Below are positions 27,515 to 37,167 of a stretch of DNA of 64,000 nucleotides, piece after piece. This DNA is from Acidobacteriota bacterium (GTDB taxonomy: Bacteria > Acidobacteriota > Vicinamibacteria > Vicinamibacterales > UBA2999), in the NCBI GenBank assembly GCA_947503365.1, contig CANNDT010000010.1:5588-69587 (forward strand), given 5' to 3'. The notes beneath the pieces were generated by a model. It did not search any database and was not told the origin of the DNA. It saw only the letters and a list, made by a program, of their open reading frames with translations. A program made the translations under genes and the position numbers. The number at the start of each line of letters is the position of its first letter. Position 1 is the stretch's first letter.

Positions 27515-28096
27515 TTACCAGCGGAACGTAACGCCTGCGGTGCCGCGCCAGTAGTCGAAGTTTCCAACCCCGATATCGAACTCGTTGTCCTCCTGCGGAT
27601 CTTCCAGTGAGCGCGTGTACCGGAGATCGCCGCGGAAGCCGACGTGGTCGGTCATGAAGCCCATGACACCGCCGCCGACGTTGAAGCCGAACTCGTTGTT
27701 GTTGATGTTGAAGAGCGCGTTGTCGCTCGAGATCTCCCGCTGGAGGAGACCGATGCCGCCAGCGAAGTAGGGCCGAAAGCCGCCACCCGTCTGGCCGCCG
27801 ACCGGCACGCCGAGGAGCACATTGCCCATCGCCGTGATGACGTTGCTGCTGTCAAAGAGATCGAAGTCGCCGTCGCCAGGCTCGAAAAATTCCGGGGTAT
27901 ATGACAGGTCCGCTTCCCAGCCGACGATGCCGGCGCCCATCCAGCCGATTGACGCGCCGTACGTGAAGTGCTCGTTGCCCTTTGCGTCAGCACCGAAGGT
28001 GGTGCCGAGATTGGGGGTAAATAGCCAGTCGGCGTGCGCAGCGCCCGGTGCAAGCACCAGTGCGAGGGCCGCCATGAGCGCGTATTTCTTGAACAT
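27515..28096 (-). CDS. Outer-membrane beta-barrel protein (small OMP_b-brl type)
   Basis: ATG 28096 is preceded by GGAGG. Signal MFKKYALMAALALVLAPGAAHA, alternating beta pattern, and a C-terminal ..GVTFRW. Confidence 0.72.
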   Translation of the reverse strand: MFKKYALMAALALVLAPGAAHADWLFTPNLGTTFGADAKGNEHFTYGASIGWMGAGIVGWEADLSYTPEFFEPGDGDFDLFDSSNVITAMGNVLLGVPVGGQTGGGFRPYFAGGIGLLQREISSDNALFNINNNEFGFNVGGGVMGFMTDHVGFRGDLRYTRSLEDPQEDNEFDIGVGNFDYWRGTAGVTFRW

Positions 28097-28216
28097 GTCC
28101 CGTCCTCCAAGAGCCGGGGCGTCTTCGCCACGGCTCGTCCATGCCGGATCAGAACTGCAAGCAGGGTGCCCGTTACGGGATGTACAAGCTCGATGCATCG
28201 CGTGAACTTGCAGGTG

Positions 28217-29662
28217 TTAACGGTGCAACGAGAGAAGCTGTTCAGTATGCTCGCGGAGCAACTGCCAGGCGCGCGCGACATGGCGTTCCGCGGTGTTGAG
28301 ATGGCCTATCGCGACGCGAAGAGTCAACACGCCATTCAACTGCGTGTGAGAGAGGAAGACATCGCCTGATGCGTTGACCGCCGCGAGCAGTTCTTCATTG
28401 AACGTGTCGAGCTCAGCAGCAGACGCCGCCGCCATCGCGCGAGGCCTCGCGCGGAAGCAGACGACGCTGAACGGCACCGGTGCGAGACGCTCGAATTCCA
28501 CATCCTCGTCGACCCACTGCGCGAAGAGTCGGGCGAGACGGATGTGCTCAGTCAGCACCTCGCGCACACCCTCGGCACCAAAATGCCGAAGCACCATCCA
28601 AAGTTTCAGCGATCGGAACCGACGGCCGAGCTGGATGCCGGTGTCCATGAGATTGCGAACGCCGCGCGAGCCTTCCGCCGTTCGCAGGTATTCGGGCACC
28701 AGCGAGAACGCCTGTCTCACGACGTCCATCCGGCGGCAGTAGAACGCGCTGAGATCCATCGGCGTGAAGAGCCACTTGTGCGGGTTGACCACCACCGAAT
28801 CGGCGTGTTCCCAGCCGTCGAAGTGCACCCGGTACTCCGGCAGGATCGCGGTCACCCCGGCATACGAGGCATCCACGTGCAGCCAGATGCTTTCGCGGCG
28901 GCAGACGTCGGCAATCTCGCGAATCGGATCGACGCTGGTCGTTGACGTCGTGCCGGCGGTTGCCACGACGGCAACCGGAATAAGGTTGGCAGCGCGATCT
29001 TTCGCGATCGCGTCCTGCAACGCATCGACGCGCATACGGAACTGATCGTCGGCGGGAACGTGGCGCAGCGCACGGTGTCCGAGCCCCAACAGGATCACCG
29101 CCTTGTCGATGGACGAGTGCGCGTGCTCGGAGCAATAGACGCTCAGCCCCGGAAGATCCGCCCTTCCCGCCAGCCCGTCGTTGCGCACAGCCGGCACCGC
29201 CGCCTCGCGCGCGGCCGCGAGCGCGTGGAGGCTCGAGATCGACGCGGTGTCGTAGATCACGCCCTCGAAGGCATCGGGCAGCCCCATCAACTGGCGAAGC
29301 CAGCCGAGTGAAACCTCTTCGAGCTCCGTCGACGCGGGCGAGGTGCGCCAGAGCATCGCCTGCTGATTGCGCGCCGCCGCGAGGAATTCGGCGAGCACGC
29401 CGGGCGCGCTGGCGCTGCTGGCGAAGTAGGCCAGGAAGCCCGGGTGATTCCAATGGGTGAGGGCGGGGACGAGCACGCGCTCGAAATCCGCGAAGATGGC
29501 GTCGAAGGATTCGCCGTGCTCGGGCGCCGATGTGGGGAGGCCGTTGCGCACATCCCCAGGTGAGACGCGCGACAGCACCGGGTACCGCTCGGCGCCGGAC
29601 AGATACTCCGCAATCCAGTCGACGAGCGCGTGCCCGTGGCGGCGGAATTCGGACGGCTCCAC
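28217..29662 (-). CDS. Group II pyridoxal-dependent decarboxylase (aromatic-L-amino-acid/tyrosine decarboxylase-like)
   Basis: 481 aa with the N-terminus EFRRHGHALVDWIAEY and NPHKW (PLP Lys). Confidence 0.88.
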   Translation of the reverse strand: MEPSEFRRHGHALVDWIAEYLSGAERYPVLSRVSPGDVRNGLPTSAPEHGESFDAIFADFERVLVPALTHWNHPGFLAYFASSASAPGVLAEFLAAARNQQAMLWRTSPASTELEEVSLGWLRQLMGLPDAFEGVIYDTASISSLHALAAAREAAVPAVRNDGLAGRADLPGLSVYCSEHAHSSIDKAVILLGLGHRALRHVPADDQFRMRVDALQDAIAKDRAANLIPVAVVATAGTTSTTSVDPIREIADVCRRESIWLHVDASYAGVTAILPEYRVHFDGWEHADSVVVNPHKWLFTPMDLSAFYCRRMDVVRQAFSLVPEYLRTAEGSRGVRNLMDTGIQLGRRFRSLKLWMVLRHFGAEGVREVLTEHIRLARLFAQWVDEDVEFERLAPVPFSVVCFRARPRAMAAASAAELDTFNEELLAAVNASGDVFLSHTQLNGVLTLRVAIGHLNTAERHVARAWQLLREHTEQLLSLHR

Positions 29663-29711
29663 CGCGCGATTCTACTCGTGGCGGGTCCGCTGCGCCCTGC
29701 GTTTTGATTTT

Positions 29712-30707
29712 CTACTTTTCGACGGTGACCGTCGCGGGCTTGGCGACGCGCACGGTCACTGGCGTGCCCGTCGGCAGCGTGGCGGGGTTGCGTCCGCCGG
29801 CCATCACCGCGGCCGTTCCAGCGCCGGCGCCAGCGGTGCCGCCGATGATCGCGCCCTTGGCGCCGCCCAGGATGCCGCCGAGGATCGCGCCGCCAATCGC
29901 GCCGCCGCCGATCTTCGCGGCGCTCTCGCTGGCCGGTCCGCTGCCTTCACGGTAGATGGTTTCCGTTTCGAGCGGCACGCGCGTGCCGTCCGCGAGCACC
30001 ACCGAGGTAAACCGGATCCCGAGACGCGCGCGATCCTTCAGCCGTCCGCCTCGCTCGACCAGCGTCACTTCACCGTGCGCCTTCGAGCCTGCCGGAATCG
30101 CGACGCGATCGCCGACTCTCACGTCGCGCGTCACGCGCGCGACCACGGCATCCTCGACGCGTGCGCGTTCGCTGGTGATCGACGTTTCAACCTCGAGGCC
30201 GACGACGGAGTCGGCCGATACGATCAGCTCTTCGAACTGCGGTACCGGAGGTTCGGGCGCGCGCACCGGCTCTGGCTCGACTGGCCGCGCCGCTTCGATC
30301 GCCGGCGGCATGGCGATACGCGTCTCTTCACGCGGCGAATAGGCCGGCTGCTCGGCGACCGGCTCCGCGGGCTGGGCCGTGCGTCCGGCTGCGGCTCTTG
30401 GCGTGCTCGGGCGCGGTGCGGGCGTTGCGGCGCGGCGCGGCGCCGCAGGCGTTGACGCCGACGGCGAGGACGCGCGGGAGTTGGTTGTCGGGGCATCCGC
30501 GATGACGCCTTCGGACTGTTCGACGCTGTTCAGCCCTGCGGCACCGGGCTCGGTTCCCGCGATCGCGGGGTCGGGGCTCACCGCGAACGTCTGCGAACCT
30601 GGCTCCGCCGCCCGCTCGACACCGCGATTCGCCAGGTAGGCCCCGGCAGCCCCGACCGTCACGCAGACGGCGGCGAGAATCCCGACGGTGCCCTTGCTGA
30701 TGTCCAT
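29712..30707 (-). CDS. Hypothetical membrane-anchored protein (TM, Pro/Ala-rich linker, beta-rich domain, glycine zipper)
   Basis: N-terminal MDISKGTVGILAAVCVTVGAAGAYL followed by a P/A-rich region of about 110 aa. Then ..VAIPAGSKAHGEVTLV..RLGIRFTSVVLADGTRVPLE.. and GGGAIGGAILGGILGGAKGAIIGG. Confidence 0.6.
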   Translation of the reverse strand: MDISKGTVGILAAVCVTVGAAGAYLANRGVERAAEPGSQTFAVSPDPAIAGTEPGAAGLNSVEQSEGVIADAPTTNSRASSPSASTPAAPRRAATPAPRPSTPRAAAGRTAQPAEPVAEQPAYSPREETRIAMPPAIEAARPVEPEPVRAPEPPVPQFEELIVSADSVVGLEVETSITSERARVEDAVVARVTRDVRVGDRVAIPAGSKAHGEVTLVERGGRLKDRARLGIRFTSVVLADGTRVPLETETIYREGSGPASESAAKIGGGAIGGAILGGILGGAKGAIIGGTAGAGAGTAAVMAGGRNPATLPTGTPVTVRVAKPATVTVEK

Positions 30708-30855
30708 GAATGGTGCTCCCTTGCGCCTGGGGATTGAGCAAGGGGCGTACCGAACAATATCGCAAAATATCTAAATAAAATCAGGGACCCTGGGCTGCTG
30801 GGCTCGCCCCCTTTTGGAGATCGTCCTCACGGCAGGGCGCACCCCGCCCGAGACC

Positions 30856-31545
30856 TCAGCCCGCGAATTTGTAGCCCAGGCCGTGCACCGTGAGGATGTA
30901 CTGCGGGTGCCGGGGGTTGTCTTCGAGCTTCTGCCGGAGCCACGCCACGTGCACATCGACGGTGCGGGTTGAGGGCATCGCGGTATAACCCCAGACTTCG
31001 TTGAGCAGCTCGTCGCGCGACAACGCCGCGCCGCGGTGCTCGATGAAGTACTTCAGCAGCTTGAACTCGCGCGCCGACAGCGCCAGCAGCGTCTCGCCCT
31101 TCGTCACCTCGGCGCGCCGAAAATCAACCGCGATATCGCCAAAGCGAAACGCGTCCGGCTGCTGCGCCGGCGTCGCGCTGCGGCGCAGCAACGCCTCGAT
31201 TCTCGCCAGGAGCTCCGCCATCTCGAAGGGCTTCACGAGATAGTCGTCGGCGCCAAGCTTGAGGCCGACGACACGATCGACGACCTGGCCGCGGGCGGTG
31301 AGCATCAGGACTGGCGTCTGGATGCCGCGCTGTCGAATGGCCTTACAGATATCCAGCCCGCTGCCGCCGGGCAGCATGACGTCGAGCAGGATGACGTCGT
31401 ACCGGCCGTTGAGTGACGCCTCGAGTCCTGTCTGTGCCTCGGTGGCCGACTGCACCTCGTAGCCCTCGGCCGCGAGCCGATCGGTGAGCGTCATGACGAG
31501 ACCGGGCTCGTCTTCGACCAGGAGGAGACGTCGCGGACCTTCCAC
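30856..31545 (-). CDS. OmpR-family response regulator
   Basis: GTG 31545 lies 2 nt after the HK stop. REC domain (LLLVEDEPGL, DVMLPGGSG) plus winged helix (TRTVDVHVAWLRQKLE, GLGYKF). Confidence 0.88.
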   Translation of the reverse strand: MEGPRRLLLVEDEPGLVMTLTDRLAAEGYEVQSATEAQTGLEASLNGRYDVILLDVMLPGGSGLDICKAIRQRGIQTPVLMLTARGQVVDRVVGLKLGADDYLVKPFEMAELLARIEALLRRSATPAQQPDAFRFGDIAVDFRRAEVTKGETLLALSAREFKLLKYFIEHRGAALSRDELLNEVWGYTAMPSTRTVDVHVAWLRQKLEDNPRHPQYILTVHGLGYKFAG

Positions 31546-31547
31546 GC

Positions 31548-33383
31548 CTAGGATTGTACGGGCAGGTGAATGGTGAAGGCGCTTCCAGCGCCGGGCCGGG
31601 TGGACACCGTGACGCGGCCGCCGTGAGCCGAGACAATCTGCTGCACCAGCGCGAGACCGAGCCCATTGCCCTGAATTTGTCCGGTGAGCGCGTTCTGTCC
31701 CCGGTAGAACGCGCCAAAGATGTGCGGGAGCTCTTCGCCGGGGATGCCTGGTCCGTGATCCTCCACGGTGATCAGGACCTCGGGGTGCCGCTTCGACCCG
31801 CCTCGCTCGGCGCGCACGCCAACCCACCTGTCGGCGCCGCCGTACTTCAGCGCATTTGAAATCAGGTTTTCGACCGCCGAGCGAAGCGCCGCCTGGTCGC
31901 CAATCACCAGCGGCAGATCGTCAGCGATCGTCCGGTCGATCTTCGCAGGCGCGGTCGCCTGCGTGGCGGCTGCGACCGCTGCGTCGACGATGTCGGCGGG
32001 CGAGAGCGGCGTGCGCGACGCGAGACCGACGCCAGACGCGATTCCCGCGTACTGCAGCACGCGCTCGACCATGTCTCCCAGCCGACGTGCTTCGGTCTCG
32101 ATCGCCTGGCCGTACTGCTTCACGCGCTCGCCCGATCCGACGACGCCTTGCGACAAGTTCTCTGCGGCCGATCGAATGACGGCGACCGGGGTGCGCAACT
32201 CGTGCGAGACGCCGGCGACGAATTCGAGTTGCTGCCGCGCAAGACGCTGCGCGCGGCGCGACGAGACGGTCAGCAGGCCCACGCTCACCGTCAGCAGCAT
32301 CAACACGCCGAAGCTGATGCCCAGGTTCCGTCGCCGCACGCGTGAGACCGCTGCCTCGAGCGACCCGCTCTCATGCTGGACGACAAGCACCCAGCGCGCG
32401 AAGTCCCGTCCGCCTCGCCGTGAGGAACCCGGAACCTCGGAACCCGGAACCGCCGAACCCTGAACCCCTGAACCCGGCACCCGGAACCCCAGGTTCCGTC
32501 GTCCATCCCCCCTCCCGCCCTGCCGCCCGCGATTGTTCAACGGGTCCCTGAATGCCCCGAAGAGCGGCTCGCTCGCATCCGGGTTCGCCACGTCCACCGG
32601 CGCCGCCGGATCCGATTGGTAGATCACTCTCGACGGCTCCTGCGCGTCGACGACGGCCACCCGATACCGGTCTCCGTCTGAATTTGTGAAGTGACTCTCG
32701 TTGAGCGCCGGCAGGAACTCGTTGCGGATGTAGGCCAGGTCCCACTGCACGACCGTGAATCCGAATACGGCCGGCCTGCGCTCCCGCTCTTCGCCCTGCG
32801 GGGGAGGCCCATTGCCCAGCGCCATCACCACCATCGAATCATCCTCGGGAAGCGGAGGGCGTTCGGGGTCCCGACGAGTGCCGAAGGTCGCAAGGTCCTG
32901 CGCGAAGCGCGGCCGCAGGGCGGCGAGCTCGGCCGTCCACTCGACCTCATCGAAGGTGCGCGACGCATCGTTCCAACGGCGCAGCCGCAGTTGATCCTGG
33001 CTCTCATCAACGAGCAACACGCCCGCGACGATGCCCGGATGCTCCGCCGTATCGAGCCACGATGTGAACCGATCCGCGTAGCGGTACCAGGCGCTCTCCT
33101 GCACGGTGACGGCGTCGATGCGAAGGCCGTTGACCGCCCGGATGACTTCTCCGTCAAAGGCTCCGCGGAACTGGAACGCGGCGGTGCGCAGATTGCGTTC
33201 CATTCGATCGCGCTCGGCTTCGCTGACCTGTCCAACCCAGCGGTACTGCAGCACCGCGAGCGCGGGCAACAGGAGGAGAAGGGCAATGGTCAAGACGTTC
33301 AGCCGCACGAATTTGCCGCTGGCCTTCTCGCGCAGCACGGTTGACCGGGTGATCGTCACGGGGCGAAATATAGCATGGGTCAA
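31548..33383 (-). CDS. Sensor histidine kinase
   Basis: Two TM segments, H-box SHELRTP, N-box NLISNALKYG, plus DHGPGI and GNGLGLAL. Confidence 0.88.
   Translation of the reverse strand: MTHAIFRPVTITRSTVLREKASGKFVRLNVLTIALLLLLPALAVLQYRWVGQVSEAERDRMERNLRTAAFQFRGAFDGEVIRAVNGLRIDAVTVQESAWYRYADRFTSWLDTAEHPGIVAGVLLVDESQDQLRLRRWNDASRTFDEVEWTAELAALRPRFAQDLATFGTRRDPERPPLPEDDSMVVMALGNGPPPQGEERERRPAVFGFTVVQWDLAYIRNEFLPALNESHFTNSDGDRYRVAVVDAQEPSRVIYQSDPAAPVDVANPDASEPLFGAFRDPLNNRGRQGGRGDGRRNLGFRVPGSGVQGSAVPGSEVPGSSRRGGRDFARWVLVVQHESGSLEAAVSRVRRRNLGISFGVLMLLTVSVGLLTVSSRRAQRLARQQLEFVAGVSHELRTPVAVIRSAAENLSQGVVGSGERVKQYGQAIETEARRLGDMVERVLQYAGIASGVGLASRTPLSPADIVDAAVAAATQATAPAKIDRTIADDLPLVIGDQAALRSAVENLISNALKYGGADRWVGVRAERGGSKRHPEVLITVEDHGPGIPGEELPHIFGAFYRGQNALTGQIQGNGLGLALVQQIVSAHGGRVTVSTRPGAGSAFTIHLPVQS
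32424..32497. repeat. Imperfect tandem 7-8-mers (C)GGAACCC, about 9 copies, in frame inside the HK gene
   Basis: GGAACCC GGAACCT CGGAACCC GGAACCG CCGAACCC TGAACCC CTGAACCC GGCACCC GGAACCCC AGGTTCC. Encodes GFRVPGSGVQGSAVPGSEVPGS just before TM2. Confidence 0.6.
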
Positions 33384-33471
33384 TTCTCGTAAATTGCTGA
33401 AATAAAAGGTTTTACATTCTTAACAATCTCTTTGCTCCTACTTAATCACGTCGCGCGGAAAGGCTCTGACA

Positions 33472-34455
33472 ATGGGATTCATGAAACGTGGACTGTCTCG
33501 CTCACTCGTCGCAGCCGTCGTGTCACTCGCGTTCGCGGGCAGCGCTCATGCGCAGGATGCCGCCAAGGGCGCCGCACTTCTCGCTGAAGCCCGCAAGGTG
33601 CTCGGCGGAGAAGACAAGCTCGCCGAGGTGAAGACGCTCGACATGAAGAGCGACTTCAAGCGCTCCGCCGGACGGAACACGATTGAAGGTGAGCTCGAGA
33701 TTCGAATCGACCGCCCCGACAAGATGCGCCGCGACGAAGACCTGAGTCTTCCAGGTGGTGGGCCTGCGATCGTTCGCACTGAAGTGCTCAACGGGACAGA
33801 GGTCTGGGACGAGAACAGCGGTGCCGCAGGCTTCGGCGGATTTGGCGGCGGCGGCGGCCGTGGCGGATTTGGCGGTGGTGGCTTCGGCGGCGGGCGGGGC
33901 GGCGATCAAGCCGGCCAGGCTGCGGGCGATCCGGCTGCCGCCGGCCAGCGCGGCGGCCGCGCCATCGATCCCGCGCAGCTCAAGGAATTCCAGCGCCGTA
34001 CGCGACAGGCGGATCTTTCGCGCTTCAACCTGATGTGGCTGCTCGACACCGACACGGCGGTCGTGTGGGTGGGCACCGCGGAGGCTTCCGACGGTAAGGC
34101 CGACGTCCTCGAGATCACGTCAGCCGATGGCAGCCCCACTCGGCTGTTCCTGGATCAGAGCTCGCACATGCCGCTCATGCTGACGTGGCAGGGCGCCGCG
34201 GGCCGGGGCGGGCAGCGCGGGCGGGGCGGCGATCAGGCACCGCAGGGCGCAGCGTCACCTCAGACGCCGGCTCAGGCGCCACCTCCGGCGGCGCCTCCGA
34301 CGTTCCAGTTGACGCTCGGTGAGTACAAGACGGTCAACGGCATCAAGCTGCCGCATCACATCACGCGCGGCACCAACAGTCAGACGATCGAGGAATGGAC
34401 CGTCAAGAGCTACAAGCTCAACTCGTCCTTCAAGTCGGATGTATTCAGCAAATGA
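33472..34455 (+). CDS. Hypothetical exported protein with Gly/Arg-rich inserts (LolA-like fold suspected)
   Basis: Signal ..LVAAVVSLAFAGSAHAQ and inserts GGFGGGGGRGGFGGGGFGGGRGG and GRGGQRGRGGDQ. The stop overlaps the downstream OMP start. Confidence 0.55.
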   Translation: MGFMKRGLSRSLVAAVVSLAFAGSAHAQDAAKGAALLAEARKVLGGEDKLAEVKTLDMKSDFKRSAGRNTIEGELEIRIDRPDKMRRDEDLSLPGGGPAIVRTEVLNGTEVWDENSGAAGFGGFGGGGGRGGFGGGGFGGGRGGDQAGQAAGDPAAAGQRGGRAIDPAQLKEFQRRTRQADLSRFNLMWLLDTDTAVVWVGTAEASDGKADVLEITSADGSPTRLFLDQSSHMPLMLTWQGAAGRGGQRGRGGDQAPQGAASPQTPAQAPPPAAPPTFQLTLGEYKTVNGIKLPHHITRGTNSQTIEEWTVKSYKLNSSFKSDVFSK

Positions 34456-37082
34456 CCCGCGTACCCGCACTCTTGATCGCGCTCATCCTCGTGCTGCCCG
34501 CCATGGCATCGCCGGCCTCTGCCCAGACCAATCAGGGCCAGGAGGCGCAGCTTCGCATCACGGTGGTCGACATTACGGGTGCGGGACTTCCGCTGGCGAC
34601 CGTGCAGATCACGCCGGCCGGCGGATCGCTCATGGAGCTTCCGACCGACGATCGCGGTCTCTTGACGATCCCGTCGCTGAAGCCCGGCCCGGTCGCGGTG
34701 CAGGCGAAGTTCCCCGGCTTCACGCCGTTTGATGGGACGTTGACGCTCAAGCGCGGGAACAACAACCAGGTGATCACGCTGGGGATTGCCGGCGTGCAGG
34801 AAGAAGTGGTCGTCACCGATACGTCTGCCGACGACACGCGCGGCAACTCGATGACCACGGTGCTCGAAGACGATCAGATCGCCGAGCTCTCTGATGACCC
34901 CGACGAGTTTCAGGCGCAGCTCGAGGCGTTGACCGGCGGCGCGGGCGCCGTGTTCCAGGTTGACGGCTTTCGAGGCGGGCGCCTGCCGAGCAAGGACGAG
35001 ATCCAGCAGATCCGCTTCCGCAACAACTCCTTCTCTGCGGATAACCACGACGCGGGACGGACGCAGGTGGAGATCATCACGCGCCCGGGCAGCGCGGGGT
35101 GGAGAGGCAACGCCAACTTCGGCCTGCGCAGCGACGTGCTCAACGCGAGAAACGCCTTCGCCCAGACGCAGACGCCCGAGCAGTTCCGCCGCTTCAGCAC
35201 GGGTCTTCGCGGCCCGCTCATCAAGGGCAAGACATCGCTGCGTTTCAACGTCGACGGCAACCGATCGTTCGATTCGGGAACGATCGTCGCGCTCACGCCG
35301 GACGGCCGCATCGCCGATCAAGTCAAGCGTCCGTTCGAGCAGACCAACGTCACCGTGGGTCTCGAGCACGCGCTCTCGCAGACCCGGACGTTCAGGTTTG
35401 AGTACCGCCGGACCGACGACACTCGCAACAACCTGGGTGTTGGGGACTTCAGCCTGCTGGAGCGCGCCTACTCGCGCACCAACTCCGAGAACCAGGTTCG
35501 TGCGTCTCTGCAGACGGTGATCGGCAAGGCGAGCCTGAACCAGTTCCGCGTCCAGTTCAACCAGCAGGCCACGGCCTCCTCCTCTGCGTCGGACTTGCCC
35601 GCGATCATTGTCATCGACGCGTTCAGCAGGGGCGGCGCCGGCGTGTCGAACCAGGGGTCGACACGGTCGCTCGAGCTCTCCGACAACCTCGACTTCACGG
35701 TCGGGAAGCACGCCATGCGGGCGGGGTTGCTGCTCGAGGCGGGCGCGTACAACAACATCGACAACCGCAATGCGGCGGGCACGTTCACATTCGGCAGCCT
35801 CGAAGAGTTCGCGGCCGGGACGCCGGACACCTTCACCCAGCGGCTTGGCGAAATTCGCACGAACTTCTCCCAGTACCAGCTTGGCCTCTATTGGCAGGAC
35901 GATGTGCGCTTGAATCGAAGCCTGTCGGTGAGCTACGGCGTCCGCGAGGAGCTGCAGTCGCACGTCGGTGACAGCGTGAACATCCTGCCGCGCTTCGGCT
36001 TCACGCTGAATCCATTCCGCTCGAAGACGACGATCCGCGGCGGATACGGAATCTTCCACGACTGGTATGACTCGAACCTCTACGACCAGACGCTGCGCGT
36101 CAACGGCGTGGCACAGCGCGACCTGCTGATTCTCAACCCGGGCTACCCGGACCCGGCCGGCGGCATCTCCTCGATCATCCTGCCGGGAGGCCGCATTCAG
36201 GCGGATCCCGATCTGAAGCTGCCGTACGTGCACCAGGCGTCGATTGGCATCGAGCGGCCGATCACGCCGACGCTCAACGTGCAGGCGTCGTTCATGCGCC
36301 TGATCGGCCGAAACCAGCTGCGCGCGCGAAACGTCAACGCGCCGGACGAATTCGGCGTCAAGCCGGAGCCACTGATTGGCACCGTCACGCAAATCGAATC
36401 AACCGGACGCTCGAGCACCAACCGGCTGAACCTGAGCACCAACTATCGGCCTGGACCGCGAACCTTCATCAACGTCGGTTACACGCTGTCGAGCATCAGG
36501 AACACCGGTGACAACCCGCTGACGTTGCCGGTCAACAGCTTCGATCCCGACGCCGAGTGGGGCCCGTCGTCGCAGGACGTACGGCATCGTCTCAACGCGA
36601 TGGTGAACGTTGGCTTGCCCTTCGCGCTGCGCGCCAACATCAGCGCCAACGTGCAGTCGGCATCGCCCTACACGATTACGACTGGCCGCGATGACAACCA
36701 GGACGGCGTCAGCAACGATCGGCCGGACGGTGTCGGTCGCAACACGGCGCGCGGCGCGGCCCGATGGGAGCTCAACGCGCGACTGACTCGGGCCGTCAGC
36801 TTTGGCGGACCGGCCGCGGGCCAGCAGAGCGGTGCGCTGGGCCAGGCCGCGCCCGGACAAGGCGGCGGAGGCAGGGTGGGCGGACCCGGCGGCGGCGGCG
36901 GCGGATTTGGCAACGTGGCGAACCAGCGCTTCACCGTCGAGTTCTACGCGCAGGCGTTCAACCTGCTGAACCACACGAACTTCGTGAACTTCAGCGGCAA
37001 CCAGCAGTCGCCGTTCTTCGGCCTTCCGACGTCGGCCTCCCAGGCCAGGCGCCTCGAGGTCGGGATGCAGCTCCGCTTCTGA
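34452..37082 (+). CDS. TonB-dependent-receptor-like outer-membrane protein with a carboxypeptidase-regulatory-like domain
   Basis: ATG 34452 (ATGA overlap). Signal MTRVPALLIALILVLPAMASPASAQ and a barrel ending ..EVGMQLRF. Confidence 0.75.
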   Translation: MTRVPALLIALILVLPAMASPASAQTNQGQEAQLRITVVDITGAGLPLATVQITPAGGSLMELPTDDRGLLTIPSLKPGPVAVQAKFPGFTPFDGTLTLKRGNNNQVITLGIAGVQEEVVVTDTSADDTRGNSMTTVLEDDQIAELSDDPDEFQAQLEALTGGAGAVFQVDGFRGGRLPSKDEIQQIRFRNNSFSADNHDAGRTQVEIITRPGSAGWRGNANFGLRSDVLNARNAFAQTQTPEQFRRFSTGLRGPLIKGKTSLRFNVDGNRSFDSGTIVALTPDGRIADQVKRPFEQTNVTVGLEHALSQTRTFRFEYRRTDDTRNNLGVGDFSLLERAYSRTNSENQVRASLQTVIGKASLNQFRVQFNQQATASSSASDLPAIIVIDAFSRGGAGVSNQGSTRSLELSDNLDFTVGKHAMRAGLLLEAGAYNNIDNRNAAGTFTFGSLEEFAAGTPDTFTQRLGEIRTNFSQYQLGLYWQDDVRLNRSLSVSYGVREELQSHVGDSVNILPRFGFTLNPFRSKTTIRGGYGIFHDWYDSNLYDQTLRVNGVAQRDLLILNPGYPDPAGGISSIILPGGRIQADPDLKLPYVHQASIGIERPITPTLNVQASFMRLIGRNQLRARNVNAPDEFGVKPEPLIGTVTQIESTGRSSTNRLNLSTNYRPGPRTFINVGYTLSSIRNTGDNPLTLPVNSFDPDAEWGPSSQDVRHRLNAMVNVGLPFALRANISANVQSASPYTITTGRDDNQDGVSNDRPDGVGRNTARGAARWELNARLTRAVSFGGPAAGQQSGALGQAAPGQGGGGRVGGPGGGGGGFGNVANQRFTVEFYAQAFNLLNHTNFVNFSGNQQSPFFGLPTSASQARRLEVGMQLRF

Positions 37083-37085
37083 GCT

Positions 37086-37148
37086 CGCGCACCCTGAAGG
37101 GCGCGCGCTACACCAATCGGCTGTAGCGCGTGGCCTTCAGGCCACGCG
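37086..37148. repeat. REP/REPIN-like inverted doublet (same family as 11901-12007)
   Basis: CGCGCACCC-TGAA-GGGCGCGCG-CTACACC, a 6-nt spacer, then CTGTAG-CGCGTGGCC-TTCA-GGCCACGCG. Confidence 0.7.
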
Positions 37149-37167
37149 GGCGGACTATCATCGTGAC

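Noticed and set aside
32424-32497. Treating the tandem short repeats (here and at 3165, 5039, 16371, 27468 and 40561) as a CRISPR array.
   Set aside because: The units are only 7-8 nt and directly adjacent with no spacers, there are 3-9 copies, and no cas genes are present. They are microsatellite-like repeats, not CRISPR.
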